From Octopus vulgaris (taxonomy: Eukaryota): a stretch of 64,000 nt of DNA. The position numbers and the translations under genes were made by a program. Positions 11,311 through 25,800 of the stretch are shown here, one piece after another. Positions within the stretch are counted from its first letter, which is position 1, and the number at the start of each line of letters is the position of its first letter. Under the pieces are notes generated by a model. The model was not told where the DNA came from. It searched no databases and was given only the letters and a program-made list of their open reading frames with translations. Location: the NCBI GenBank assembly GCA_951406725.2, contig OX597839.1, forward strand, positions 16,244,001 through 16,308,000, written 5' to 3'.

Positions 11311-14300
11311 CGACGGGCTTCTTTCAGTTTCCGTCTACCACATCCACTCCCAAGGCTTTGGTCGGCCCTAGGCTATAGTAGAAGACACTTGTTCAAGGTG
11401 CCACGCATGTGGTTGGTAAGCAAGCTGCTTACCACACAGTCACTCCTACGCCCATAACACAGAAATGAAGCTTTTATTTTAATAGAAATTCCTAATATTT
11501 ATGACTCTCATCATCATTATTATAATACATGGTAGGAAATCAATTTTCCACCATGTGTAATATATTTAAAAAAATTATGGTGGTGGCGGTACAAAAGGAA
11601 GTGTTCCTCAACCAGCACTTGTTTTCAAGTAAGGTTATGTTTTCATGGGAGACTTGAAGCGAATCATCAAAAATACATAGACATTTACATACATATTTAC
11701 AAAAGCACATACTGCTGACTAATAAGAGAGGGGAGTTAAAGTGGATGTGTGTGTTTGACTGTTCAGCTCTGGTGGAGATCAAGGACATTGTTGATAACCT
11801 TCAAAATAAATTTTTAAAAAAATAAGAATTCTATTTTCCGTAAATTGCCGAGCACAACAGATATGATGTACAAATAATGGGAAATTGTTGGACACCACAT
11901 TTGTGATAATGGCAAGAATTGTAAGCAACTATTGCTTACAATTCTTGCCTGGTGCATATGACGGCTTTCTTTTAGTATCCGTCTAGCAAAACCATACATG
12001 ATTTTGGTATCTGATGGGGATATAACTTAGATATATTTCGGCCACAAATTGGCCCAGGTCATGTTTAACTTAATAGCACCACTTGATTGGATCTGTTGCA
12101 TCATTTTTAAGTCAAGTTTTGTGGTATCATGGCCCAGTCAAATAGGGAGTTATTGTTGATTGAGATGTAAGGTGGCTTATATGGTATCCCTTGAAGAAAT
12201 CTGTCCAGATTGGGACCTTATTCTTTGATTTTTTTCAGGATAATGTTAAATTGAGGAAAAGAAATTGTGTTGCAGTGAATTTATGTGTTGTGAGTCTGAA
12301 TTGTATAGGGAGCATGTGGCATGTGGCTCCAGCCTTGAATGAATTCTGAATCCAATGTGGTACATTCTCCACATTGTGCAAATGATCTAACACTCATGGC
12401 GGCACCCAAAGTGGCATGCAGTGGGACTGAACTTAAAATTACATGGTTAGGAAGCAAAATTCCTAATTACATCTTTATTTACCTTTATTCACTATTGGCA
12501 GGATGTAATATGTTACAGAAAGGTTCAAGGGTTGATTAAATAAGCTATCTCCTCTTCTCTATAATATTTGTCCTTGCGAGATGATTAACCTTTTTTCCTA
12601 CCACATTTATTGAAATACAATTGCTTTAGTTGATTTTGAAATTAATGAATTTATTAAAAGAACTTTGTCAGTATTAATTTGATATTTGGAACAAATTAAT
12701 ATGAAAATTTGATGAAAGGTTTTTAATTCAGATCACTTCAAAACAGAATTTATATCTCAGAACTAGGGGCATTCTCAGGTGGTTGGTGTCAAAAGGGTTA
12801 CTTATTGTATATTACTGTATCATATTACTTCATTATTGTGCCTCATCTAGATTCTTGTGTTAATCAGGTGTGTATGTCATTTATATTGATACAGTCCTGT
12901 ATCTTTTACTTGTTTCAGTCATTAGACTGCAGCCATGATGGGGCACCACTGCCTTGAAATTGAATTAATCAATCCCAGTAATTTTTTAAAGCATGGTACT
13001 TATTCTATCAATCTATTGGCTGAACTGCTAAGTTATGGGATGTAAATACACCAACACTGGTTGCCAAGCGGTGAAGGGGGAACAAACACAGAGATGAACA
13101 CAATCAATTTCTGTCTGTCATATCCACCCACAAGACTTTGATCAGAAGACACTTGCCCAGTTGACTGTTTTGTATATTGTAGAAAATGTTATAATTATAT
13201 TTACTTATGTTTGTTTTCATGAATTATTAATCTAATAATCAATTATCTCAATATCTGTAATGTTTGCATTTTTAGTAGCAATATCATCTTTGTATAACTT
13301 TCAGGAATGATCAGAGAATGGTGGAATTGTTGCTGTCCCAGGTTAGTCAGTATATATACTCCTTTAGCATTTATCATTGTTGGTTGTTCAATATCATCAT
13401 TGTTGGTGAAACAAACATATCCAACCCATACAAATATAGAGGAGCATGGTACATAGTGGTAATTAGGATAGCAATATTTGTGGTGTTGACAATAGCCATT
13501 GTGAAAATGACCATCACGTTGACAATGGTCACATGATACAACATATACTTTAGATCTAAATATGAAACCCAAATATATCACATTGTTCTGTGTAAATATA
13601 TACCAAATGATACAGTATACACACCTTATTATAGGCTAATATAAATGAGGGGTGCTGAAAAGTTCCTAGTTTTAAGGGTATCATGAAAGCCCTGGTTGGA
13701 GGCCCAACCATCTGAGTTTTTTTTTACAGGGCTTAAAAAAACCGAAGTGCCACTCAGTGTGTGAATCTGAGAGGGGAATATGTTGAATAAAATAATTGAT
13801 CCTGTAGTTTTTTACCCAAACCCAGGACATTATTAGCACCTAGTATAACTACACTCCATTGGTTATGAAAACATATGCTCTGATTGATCTAATCAACAGG
13901 ACAGCCTGCTTGTAAAATAAATGTGCAAGTGGCCCCACAGACACACATACCCTTAATGTAGTTCCTAGAGAGATTCAGCATGAGACCAAATGTGAGAAGG
14001 TTGGCTCTTTCAAATATAGGTACAACTCACTTTTGCCAACTGAGTTAACTGGAGGAATGTGAAATAAAGTGTCTTGTTTAAGGACACAACACGTTGCCAT
14101 GATTCAAACTCACAACCTTATGATTGTGAACTGAATACTCCCTACCACTAAGCTACATGGAATAGCAAAGATAGTTGAAGGACATGAACAAAGTGAAGAA
14201 TTGTTCGTTTGCATGACAGAAAAATATTCAATCAATCCCAACAGATGGACTAGCCATCCAAGTTAATGGCTGATGGCAGTACAGCAGATAGAATGCTTGA

Positions 14301-16781
14301 GGATATGAAGACAGGAAAGGCAGCTACACTATTTGGTATAGTTGCAAAGATACTGAATATTTCAGATGAGGATCATAGCCAATCAGGAAATACAAATAGG
14401 TGTTATACCTAATGACTGGTGCAAACAGAATTATTGTTAATTATTACAAGGTAAAGGAGATACAGGAGAGAGGAAACTACAGAGGCATCAAGTTGGTGGT
14501 CTAGCTTATGAAAGTTACTGATTAAGAACAGAAATATCTTTCTTGAGGTGCAGTTCAGTTTTGTACCAGAAAGAGGTATCACTGATGCCCTCTTTCTGAT
14601 GAGACCACTGCAAGAGAAGTTCAGAGCTAGCCTATACCTAGCATTCATTGACCTGCAGTATTCAGATTACTTGGTCAAATGTGATACTTATTTATTCACA
14701 TTGTCTTGAGTTAATCCTGCATTATCTCATTGCCTCAAGATTTCAACGATATGATTGTTTATTTTTAGAATGATATTGTAAGGTAAATATGAAAAGTTGG
14801 ATCTGGCCAGTTTCAACATAAAACATGTAGAATATTTGGGCTGGATATGGCCAATTTAACTGTTTAATGGTTAAGAGTGTTTTTATGTTCTGTAATCTGG
14901 TTGTCACTAAGAAAACTAGATGTAGATGAGGGCCTTGTGACAGCTGTGCAAGTCAATGAGGTGCATTAGCAATAAGTTCAATGTGTGGGTAGGGATCTAC
15001 CAAAGTTTAATCCTCAATTGCCTCCTGTTTATTATAATCCTCCAGGCCATAACAGGAATGTAAATCTGACTGGATGTGGGACCTCCAATATGGAGTTCTT
15101 GGAACTGAATCTGTGGTAGATGATTCAAAGGTAAAATTCCAGTTATGGAAGCAAAACATAGAATCACGAGGCCTGAAGGTAAACTTAATAAAGGTAAACT
15201 AAATCACAAGGCCTGAAGGTAAACTTAATAAAAGTTGAAGGGACAGCAAATAGGAAAGAAGATAGGACTCTGCTTTCATCCAGAAACTGGTTGTACTCAT
15301 TATGCAAGAAGTGACTAGATATTCCAAATTATAGAGGGACCTATGAAGGATATTCTTCACCTGACAACACTAAATCTGCATTAAAAGTTTGATGATGAAG
15401 GCCATAATGACATATTGATATATATACAATTATTTCCAGTTTTTTTTCTTTCTTCAATATAGGATCAAATACAACTGAATATTCAAGACCATGATGATAG
15501 ACAAACACCATTGCATAATGCTGTCTCCAATGGACATGTGGGACTGATTCATGCTTTAGTGTCGAAAGGGGCTGATGTTAATGCTGGTGATATGTATGGA
15601 GATACTTCTCTTCATCTAGCCTTGAAGAAAAGGAGGTTTAAATCTGAGACTAAACATATTGAAGCCTTAGATAAGGTAAGTTTCAAAACTATCTTGTGAG
15701 AGAGAGACTGATGGATATTGTTTGTCATGGCTCAGTTCACATCCATTCGCATACCATTTGACAGGTGTACCACCCCAGTCAGACTCCCTGACTGATACTA
15801 TTGTTGACTAAGGCTTGTGCTTCAGCACCTGTCAAGGTGCTCAACATGCATCATCTGTTTCACACCAGATAATGAACCTCAGTTTGGCAATGGCCTGATC
15901 CCTCCTACATCACTGTTAAATATCACAGTCCCTTCTGATAAAGCCTACTTGAATTACATTACCAGTAATATTCAACCTCCTTGCATCCTCAAACACATGG
16001 CTCCTCTACTGTATTGAGAGCAACTCCTAAAAAATTTGTCATCAAAGTGTGAAGTCAAAACGATCATTCCAAAATAATGATCTATCATAGAAGAGAGGGC
16101 TGTTTGACATGATTAGATAACCTCTTTGTACATCTCTTGTGAGAGATGCAGCATTGAGGATGAATGAAGCCAGCTGAACCCAGCTCAACCCACACCAGGT
16201 GAAGCCAGCTCAACCCACCCGGGTGAAGCCAGCTCAACCCACCTCGGGTGAATGCTGTCTCAAGTCAAAGATAACCTCTTTAGTGCTTATTTCATTCTGA
16301 GAAGAGTTCTAACTGTAACAGGTCTCCATACATCCACTGGCATCTTGTGTCATGTCATATAATACTGTTGAATGTAAGGACCTCAGAGAGATGAGTATTT
16401 CCAGTGAAAATCCTTTGTGTTCTGTAAAAGTTGGAGTTGAAGCATTAAAAGCCTTTTATATTGGTATGTCCAGGATAATCATTGTGGTTTGGTTGAATTT
16501 GGACATGCTGTGCATACTCATCATGTTGTTATTACCTGTTTTATGAGTTATGTAAATGTGTATATTTCATCATGTTGAACCATTAATCCCCACACATTTT
16601 TTCTCTCTCCATTTTTTTAAAATTCTTTCTCCTTTTTTTTACCTCTCAATCCTTTCTGTTAAAGAGCATGGGCTCAAAACGTCAGAAATTTGCAGTCTTC
16701 TCTAGCATCAAACTAATACACCTGCTTGTTGTTCCCTCACCTGTTTGTCTTTTCTTTTCTGTAAATTCAAATGATATAAAC

Positions 16782-16812
<31 letters not shown>

Positions 16813-19800
16813 CTGTGAGTGAGAATTGTGATGTGGTAGGAGAGAAATGTGTTCGCATGGATGATGGTTCACTTGCGCTAAATGAGGATGCAAAGAGAGA
16901 GGTTTGGAGACGCCACTATGAAAGGTTGCTGAATAAAGAAAATGAATGGGATAAAGAGAGTCTGCCGAATGTTGACCCAACAGAGGAACCAGCTATCCGA
17001 GTTGACAGTTACTTGGTAGTTAAGGCAATTAGAAGCATGAAGACAGGGAAAGCCCCAGGCTCATCAGGAATTACTGCAGAGATGCTCAAAATATCTGGTA
17101 GTGTCGGCTATAGCCTAGTCACCTGTATAGTTAACCAGGTGATACACGAAGGAGTCATACCCAATGACTGGTGTAGCAGCATAATAGTCAACTGCTACAA
17201 AGGTAAAGGTGACACCCTAGATACAAATAATTACAGAAGTATCAAACTGTTGGATCAGGTAATGAAGGTTACGGAGAGGCTCATAGCCCAAAGGATTAGG
17301 GAGTGAGTCAGTTTGGTTTCGTGCCAGGGAAAAGCACCACTGATGCCATATTTCTGGTAAGACAGCTGCAGGAGAAATACCTAGCCAAAGATAAGCCCCT
17401 GTACCTGGCTTTCGTTGACATGCAGAAAGTCTTTGACAGGGTCCCCTGATCCTTTATCTGGTGGTCAATGAGGAAACTAGGGATAGATGAATGGTTATTG
17501 TGAGCTGTGCAAGCCATGTACAGGGACACTGTAAGTAAGGTAAGGGTTGGCAAAGAGTACACTGAAGAATTCAAGGTAGAGGTTGGGGTCCACCAGGGTT
17601 CAGTCCTCAGCCCCCTCCTATTTATCATAGTCCTCCAGGCAATAACGGAGGCATTCAAGACAGGATGCCCCTGGGAGCTCCTCTTTGCTGACGGCCTTGC
17701 TCTAATTGCTGAGTCACTATCAGAACTGGAGGAGAAGTTTCAAGTGTGGAAACAAGGATTAGAATTGAAGGGCCTTAGAATCAACCTAGCTAAAACCAAA
17801 GTCCTAATAAGTAGGAAGGCAGGCAAACCACAAATCCCTTCAGGTAGATGGCCCTGCTTGATCTGTAGTAGAAGCGTAGGTAGAAACTCTATAAGATGTA
17901 CCCAGTGTAAGCTATGGACACATAAGAGGTGCAGTAATATCAAAGGAAGGCTAACTGGGAAGATAGTTTTCGTATGTGGCAGATGTTCGGGAGCGATAAA
18001 TATTGAAAATGTGCAGAGATCAACTTCCGCCACATTCCAGGGAGAAAAACTAGAAATAGTTGATAGCTTCCGTTACCTAGGTGACCAAGTCAGTAGCAGA
18101 GGAGGGTGCACTGAAAGTGTAGCTGCTAGAATAAGAATAGCTTGGGTAAAGTTCAGAGAGCTCTTAACTCTGCTGATGACAAAGGGCCTCTCGCTTAGAG
18201 TAAAAGGCAGACTGTATGATGCATGTGTATGAACAGCCATGCTACACGGCAGTGAAATATGGGCTGTGACTGTTGAGGACATGCATAAGCTCACAAGGAA
18301 TGAAGCCAGTATGATCCGATGGATGTGCAATGTCAGTGTGCATACTTGACAGTGTAAGCACCTTGAGAGAAAAGCTGGACCTAAGAAGCATTAGAAGTTT
18401 GGGTGCAAGATTGACGACTGCGCTGGTATGGTCATGTGGCGAGAATGGATGAGGTTAGCTGTGTGAAAAAGTGCCATACCCTAGCGGTTGAGGGAACCTG
18501 TGGAAGAGGTAGACCCAGGAAGACCTGGGATGAAGTGGTGAAGCACGGCCTTCGAATATGCTGTGCTTGAGAAGACCCGGCAAGCCAAATGAGACCATAA
18601 CCTGTGGCCTATGCCAGGAGCGTAACCAGCCCGCTTATGCATACCTTTTCCTTCTTTGGTCACTAAACTCTGCTTGTGAAGACCTGTTGAGGCAAGTGAA
18701 ATCAACCAAAATCAAATTCGATGACTGGCATCTATGCTAGCGGGGTGCAATGAGCACCATACAAGTGTGATCAGTGACAAAGCAGCTAACCGGCTTCCGT
18801 GCCAGTGGCACATAAAAGGGTACCATTCGAGCGTGATCATTACCGTCGCTTCACTGGCACGTGTAAAAAGATTTGAGTGAGGTCGTTGCCAGTACCGCCT
18901 GACTGGCCCCCATGCCGGTGGCACGTAAAAAGCACCCACTACACTCTCGGAGTGGTTGGCGTTAGGAAGGGCATCCAGCTGTAGAAACTCTGCCAGATCA
19001 AGATTGGAGCCTGGTGCAGCCATCTGGTTTGCCAGCCCTCAGTCAAAATCATCCAACCCAGCATGGAAAGCGGACGTTAAACGATGATGATGATGATACA
19101 CACACACACAAGTATATATAGCTTTATACATAGTGTGCATGAGCATTTGCTTGTAAAGCATTAGCGTATGTATATACACACACACACACAGTCCTCTTAC
19201 ATAAGTACTTCCCATATTGTGACCAATTGATTTTATCTAGGTAGTTGTATAGTTAAGTTCTAGTGTGGTTTGTATTTTGGGATGAACTTATTAAAACATA
19301 ATTGAATATAATGTAAAAATCAATTTAAAATGGACTCAACCCAAAATAAGGTAAGAATTCAATATTATGTAATCAGTTCAATCTCTCAATGTACAAACTG
19401 TACAGAGATATAGTGTGGTTATTGTGTAATTATCATGATGTTGCACTCACTTTATATTTTCATCCTTTGTAGTGCTGTTTAAAGCTTGGTTTTGCTAAAG
19501 AAGCCAGACTTTCTGCTGCTGTAGTGGTTAGCTATCTAGCAGAGCAAGGAGCAGACCTTTACTGTAGAAACAAATACAATACCAAACCAATTGATCTCAT
19601 TGAAGATCAAGATCTGAAAAGGAAAATAAAAGTGCTTTATCCACCTCGGTAAGTATTCCTTAACAGTGACAGGATAAACCAGCAATACACTTTGTTAGAT
19701 AACACCACAATTGTTTCAGATTCACCTACAGAAACATTACTGAAGCATTATATATATAAACTAGCAGTATTGCCCGGCGTTGCTCAAGTTTGTTTTCTTT

Positions 19801-22800
19801 TCGACCCTTTAGAATTGTAATTTTTGAAAAGTAAAAATTTTGCATTATGTAGCTTGTTATTCTCATTAAGTGAACATTTTTCTAGTTGAAATACACCTAA
19901 AAATGGCAACACAGCAGTAAAAAAAATCGTTAAAAAATAGGGATTTTCATAGAAAAAAAGCACCTTTTTGATGTAAATAATTTTTGGTGTTAACATGGTC
20001 CGATTTGAATTTTTTCTTCTGCAGAAGGAAGAGCAAACCTTCTATCATAATCTCAATTTTGGTCAACTTGTGCTGCAGGGTATCGGAGGAGATAGTGTTA
20101 GTTGAAGGCTACCAAACCTGCCATACACAGACAACTTCAACTTTATATATATAGATTGACACATGTCTTCAAGCAGGCATATATAAAGTGTTTACTGAAA
20201 AAAAAACCCAAAAACCATAAATCTTGTAAATATATCTAGGGCCCAAAAAATGTTCAGTGTTCTCTTGAGAAACTATCTTTAAAAAAAACACTTGAGAACC
20301 TTCCAACGAATACATAAATTTGAAGACTGAAACTTTTTCTGTATGTCAGCGTTTTAAGAAATACATCTTGTTGGAATTTTATAGACCACAGGACACTTAG
20401 TAAACCATTAACTTCTGATTTACGTTTACTTGATATCGAAATTATGCAACGATTGTTATCTCCCTTGTGTCTCTTTACCAGCCTCTCTTGTTTAAACGTT
20501 ATCTGTTCAAAGACAACTGACAAACGGTCTTGTGATGGAATCAATTATTATTTCAACCAGGAAACCCTGAGTAGCTCTATTAACAAGATTTGGATTTTTT
20601 AATTTTTTTATTATATGATTATCTTTACTCTCTTAGCTGATCGACTGCTTTTCTACTTGTTAAGCATTACCACATAATATATGTGTGTGGTCTGATCAAT
20701 AAGTATCCGGACTGTTACCATAGTAACGAAGCTAAAGCATGCAGAAGGAAGCCGCCCAGTTGGCAGAGATTAACCTTGAAGTCTGCTGTGCATGCACACT
20801 AAGTTTTAACATTCTAGTTCATTTCCGTTGTTTACAGCAGTGCTTGGAAGGAACGTGTGTAGCGTGTGATTGCTGCACTGACCATGGCAGAAAGTTGAGC
20901 AGAGAATCTGCATCAAATTTTGCCAAAAGCTTGGCGATACTCGCTCAGAGGCCTGTGCAAAGTTGCAGAAAGTGTATGAGCTGCACACAAGTGTACAAGT
21001 TTCCAAGACAGTCGGTGATTTAATGATTTCCCATCATGGTTGCATGCACATCTGCAATGTTTTTCTCAGATCTGCTGGTTGCAAGCCTCCCGGAACGTTC
21101 GTCACTATAGATTTTCATGATTTTGTTGATTATTTTAGAATGACAATGTAGAGTAGGTGTGAGAAACTAAATCTGGTTGGTTTAACATGTTAACTGCCTC
21201 ATGTACACCACTGGTGGATCATTGCAAACTTCATACAACTGCTATATGCACTGTTGCTGGTATATTTTCACAATTTAAGAAAATATTTTATTCTGTATCT
21301 TTGACAGGATATTTAACCCTTTGGAGCCAGAGCTTCATTTGGAGTTTCAGTGCTAAGAAGACAGAACCCTTTTCCCTAGCTCTACAGAGAGCATGCACTT
21401 AATTTTCAAAAAAAAAAAATTATAAAAAATTACTTTACATGTATAAAACTACATATATTCTTGTATAGAAAATTGAATGAACTAACAGAATCTTTGTCAT
21501 TCAACTTTTCGGCCAATGGATCATTCCTGTTGTCTCCTAATGGTTAGATAACATGAGTGCTGAATATTAAAGCTTAATTATGAAATAGTGGAGAAATGAA
21601 AATAAATGACATTTCCTTGTAATTAAACAGTACGCAGTATGACTGGAAATAGATGTCATCATTGGTAATTTTCAGTATGGACTGTGGCAGTTAACCTGTT
21701 AAGTATAAAACAGGTAGAATATTTGAGCCAGTTTATATGTTAAATATTTTATTCTACAATTGATCTTTTCTCTGAGTATTGTAATATTCACTGTAAACCT
21801 GTATACTATATATTATTTAGTGTTAATTAATGCTATTGGTGGGCTGTGTTTTTATTTTGTTTCAGATTGGAGAGTCCATTGTGTAGTGGTAATCAGAGTC
21901 CATTGTGTAGTGGTAATCAGGGCAGTGAACCTCAAGTGACAGGTGAGTGTAAATATGTTTGTGAAAGTAGTGCAAAATCATCTGCAAAGTCGAGATCTTT
22001 TGGAGCTTCTGCATCCGTCCATTCAATCATTTAATTATCAGCTGGTTGTAACTTTTTAATGATTCTTTCCTGTGTCAGTCTAATCACATGTCCATAGTGG
22101 TGGAGCTGTTGACCCCTCAGTGTGAAGCAGCAGCAGCTGGACCCTTGAAAAACTCCCTGGTCTCTAAGCTACACACCCATTTGAGTAACTTCCAACTAGA
22201 AGACTGGTTTGTTGTCGGTATATTACCCTTCAGTATCATACCAGCTGTAAAACTAAAAGACTAAAAAATACTGTAAAAATAAATGGGGATTAATGGAAAG
22301 AGAAGTTTAAGTATCTTAGGGGATGTATTAATATGGAGCAAGATGCTAAATTGCAGATGCTGGCACAGTAATGCACCAATTCTCAGCAGTCGATCCTCTG
22401 AAGACGAGAGGTTGGTCAAAAGACCAAACTTGCTGTCTTAAATAGGGTTTCTCTGAGGGATCTCTGGGGTAACGTTTCTCATCTGGGTGTGTAGGTTAGA
22501 AATCAGGGAGTTTCTCCAGGTCTGGCTGTTACATCTCCATGCTAAGGGGTCACAGGAAAGAATCACAAAAGGTTTATAGCTAGATAATATAAATGATTAT
22601 TGTGAGAATATGTTGGATATCTTTAAAAACTGAGGAGATTTAGAGAAAGTAGTTAACTTTTAGAACGGACTAAACATAACAGGAGGAGACACATGGGATG
22701 GAACATAGCTAAAGAGGTCACAGATGTGTGATCATCATTGTCGTTTAACATGGGCTGGACGATTTGACAGAAGCTGGCCAATGAAAAATTTCATACAAAA

Positions 22801-25800
22801 GACACTCAAATAATAATAATAATAATAAAGCTGAAATGAAAACCAAGTATATAATGTGTGTGTGGTTAATTGGCAAAAATATGACCATCCCCAAATAGTT
22901 TATTTTATTGCAGTCCTAAATATTTAGATATTACCTGATACCTCTGTAGATATTGTAAATGTTGAGACCTTAGTGGTCAACCATTGACCACTGATGATAG
23001 CAATGTTTCACAATAATAGATTATATATTATAAGCAGAGATGGGAATTCCAATATAAAGTGAAAGATTTTGAAATATTTCTTTCAGATTCTCAAAAACTG
23101 GATGAGAGGGACATTCTCAGTATAGCAAAACAGTTATCAAACAAATGGCAGCAAGTTGGTGAGTATAAAAATAACAATACATGGTTTATATCTTTTTAAT
23201 TTTACATCTAATTGAGCTTTTGATACATGTGGACAGATGTGGCTGTGTGGTTAAGAAGCTCGCTTCCCAAACATGTGGTGTTGCATTCAGTCCCACTACG
23301 TGGCACCTTGGGCAAGATTCTTCGAGCTCTGGGCCAACCAAATCTTTGTGAGGAAATATGGTAGATAGAAACTGAAAGAAGCCTCTCATATATATATATA
23401 TATCGTCAGTAGTCCATATGTACGTAAAAGAAGCACACTTTAGAGTATTAGGGCAGAAAGCTTATACGGACAGGAGCAGTAATGTATTTTTCAAGAAGTT
23501 AAAAGTTATGGCCATTGGTCTCCCTCTTCCTCAAGTTCCATCCACTTTAAGTGATCAGCACTTTCGTATGCAACTGTCTACATCCATACACATCAGCTGA
23601 CCAAACCTATGCAGTCTTCTCTCTTGCACACAGCATCTAATTCCCCTTATGCCCAACCTGTAAAGCGCTTAGCTAGTATAGACGACTAGTCAGACTGGAA
23701 CGGCTGAGGTCACATAACCTCTCTAGAACTGGAGGGAAAAATACATGATGGTCAGTTGGTGTTGTAAACAAAAAAATAATTGTGCTGATGGATGAGGGCT
23801 ATCCCCATTACATTGTTTCTAGCTAAAGAGGTTGCGCACTTTATGTAGCTTATTATTCTCTTTAAGTGAACATTTTTCTGGTTGAAATACACCGAAAAAT
23901 GACGACACAGCAGTTAAAAAATCGTAAAAATTAGGGATTTTCATAGAAAAAAAAGCACCTTTTTGATGTAAATAATTTTTGGTATTAACATGGTCCGATT
24001 TGAATTTTTTCTTCTACGGAATGAAGAGCAAGCCTTCTTCTATCATACTCTCAATTTTGGTCAACTTGTGCAGCAGGGTCTCGGAGGAGATAGTGTTAGT
24101 TGAAGGCTACTAAACCTGCCATACACAGACAACTTCAGCTTTATATATATAGAGAGATATATATTCCTGAAAGTTATGAGGGGGAAAAAAATCGGATCGT
24201 GTGAATTTTCCGAAATACTCTCCCCACCCTTTCGGAAAACATTTTCCCCACACATTTTTTTATAATCGTAATCTTTGCCATTTGAACGGTATTTCTATAA
24301 ATATTTCAACAATATACATCCATTTTCCCGAGCTATGGGAGGAAAATCGGATCTTGCGAATTTTCTGAAAGCCCCCGCCGCCATTCTTTTGCGCAAATTT
24401 TTTCCCTATTCATTCTCTGCACATTTTTCTTTTTTTACACCTATTAGATATTCTTTTTGTGACCGGGAGACAAACTTATATATATATGCGGCAACATGGA
24501 GATTAAAACCTGTTCCGTTTCTTATTCTCGTAGTTTCGTCTTTGACCTACTCCCGTCTCATTTTTCTCCTATGTCGACCTTGACACATTTATCTCCATTT
24601 TTTTTTTAACACGCTTCACTTTTCTCGACCTTATTGTATGTATAAATATATATTTATTTCTCTTTCTTTATCAGTCACTTTTAACTCTAAAATACTTCAT
24701 TCCTCCTGACTGCAAGTCACTGCTATAAACTACTACGTTTGCAGCTAAGCAAACAGGAAGACCTGCTCATTTAACCTGCTAGAAATTACAGCCAAAATAT
24801 TATACTTCCTAAATACCTTTCAATATATGAAAAAGTACTAACTGTTGTGTAATTATCCTTACAATACTACAATAGATTGAACCAACAAAGTGCTGTAGAG
24901 AAACGTTACAAATATAACAAGCAAATATGAAATTAGGAATAAATAAATAACTATCGATGTTACATCAAAACAAATGTGATTTTTGAATTTAGTGGCAAAA
25001 AATGCATAAATGAACATTTAAAAATAAAAATAAACAAAACATTATTACATTGTGTAATCATTAAGGCTGTTAGATCAATTCCTGAATCAGGTAGCATGGT
25101 GTGTTCCGTTGTCTCAATGGTCCTGTGGGTAAAGACATGGACGCCGCAACACATATACCACTTGGACAAAGGATCAATCTTGTCCCATACTGATTGTGTT
25201 TTGTTTTTAATGATTGGTTAGTGATTACATTAGTTTGATAGGTTTATATATATTATTTTCAAACTAGTTATTGTTGTTGTCTCAATGGTCTTGTGGATAA
25301 AGACATGGACACAGGTGTTTTTTTTTTTTTTTACCCCCCTTCTCCATTTACAGAAAAAATAAAATCCTATCACAATCCCTACCTGAGACTGAAACCTCCA
25401 TCTACCCCACTGTCTTGTTTGTAACCAACCACCCTTATCCACTGGGCCACATGGCCCTTAATACTACTTATACAAAATAAGAGAAACTTAAATCTATTCT
25501 AATGATTGGTTAGTAGTCTGATAGGTTAAATATATCATTTTCAAACTAGCTATTGCTGTTATCACTAGCTGAATGATGACTAAGTTATTTTACTAAAGTC
25601 TTTGTTATATTTAAAATTAATTGAAAGAAACACAGAGCACCTCAACAGAAATATGGTAACAAATGTCTTGTTTTCATAAGTTTTGAATTAAATCTTCCAC
25701 CAAACCTTAGTCACAATTTATGTTCCTAACACTAGCTGAACGATAATCGAGTAAATCGACCCCAGGACTTATTCTTTGTAAGCCTAGTACTTATTCTATC

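Noticed and set aside
23042-23050. Perfect kappaB-like GGGAATTCC in an intron
   Set aside because: Isolated 9-mer close to a splice acceptor; chance occurrence is likely
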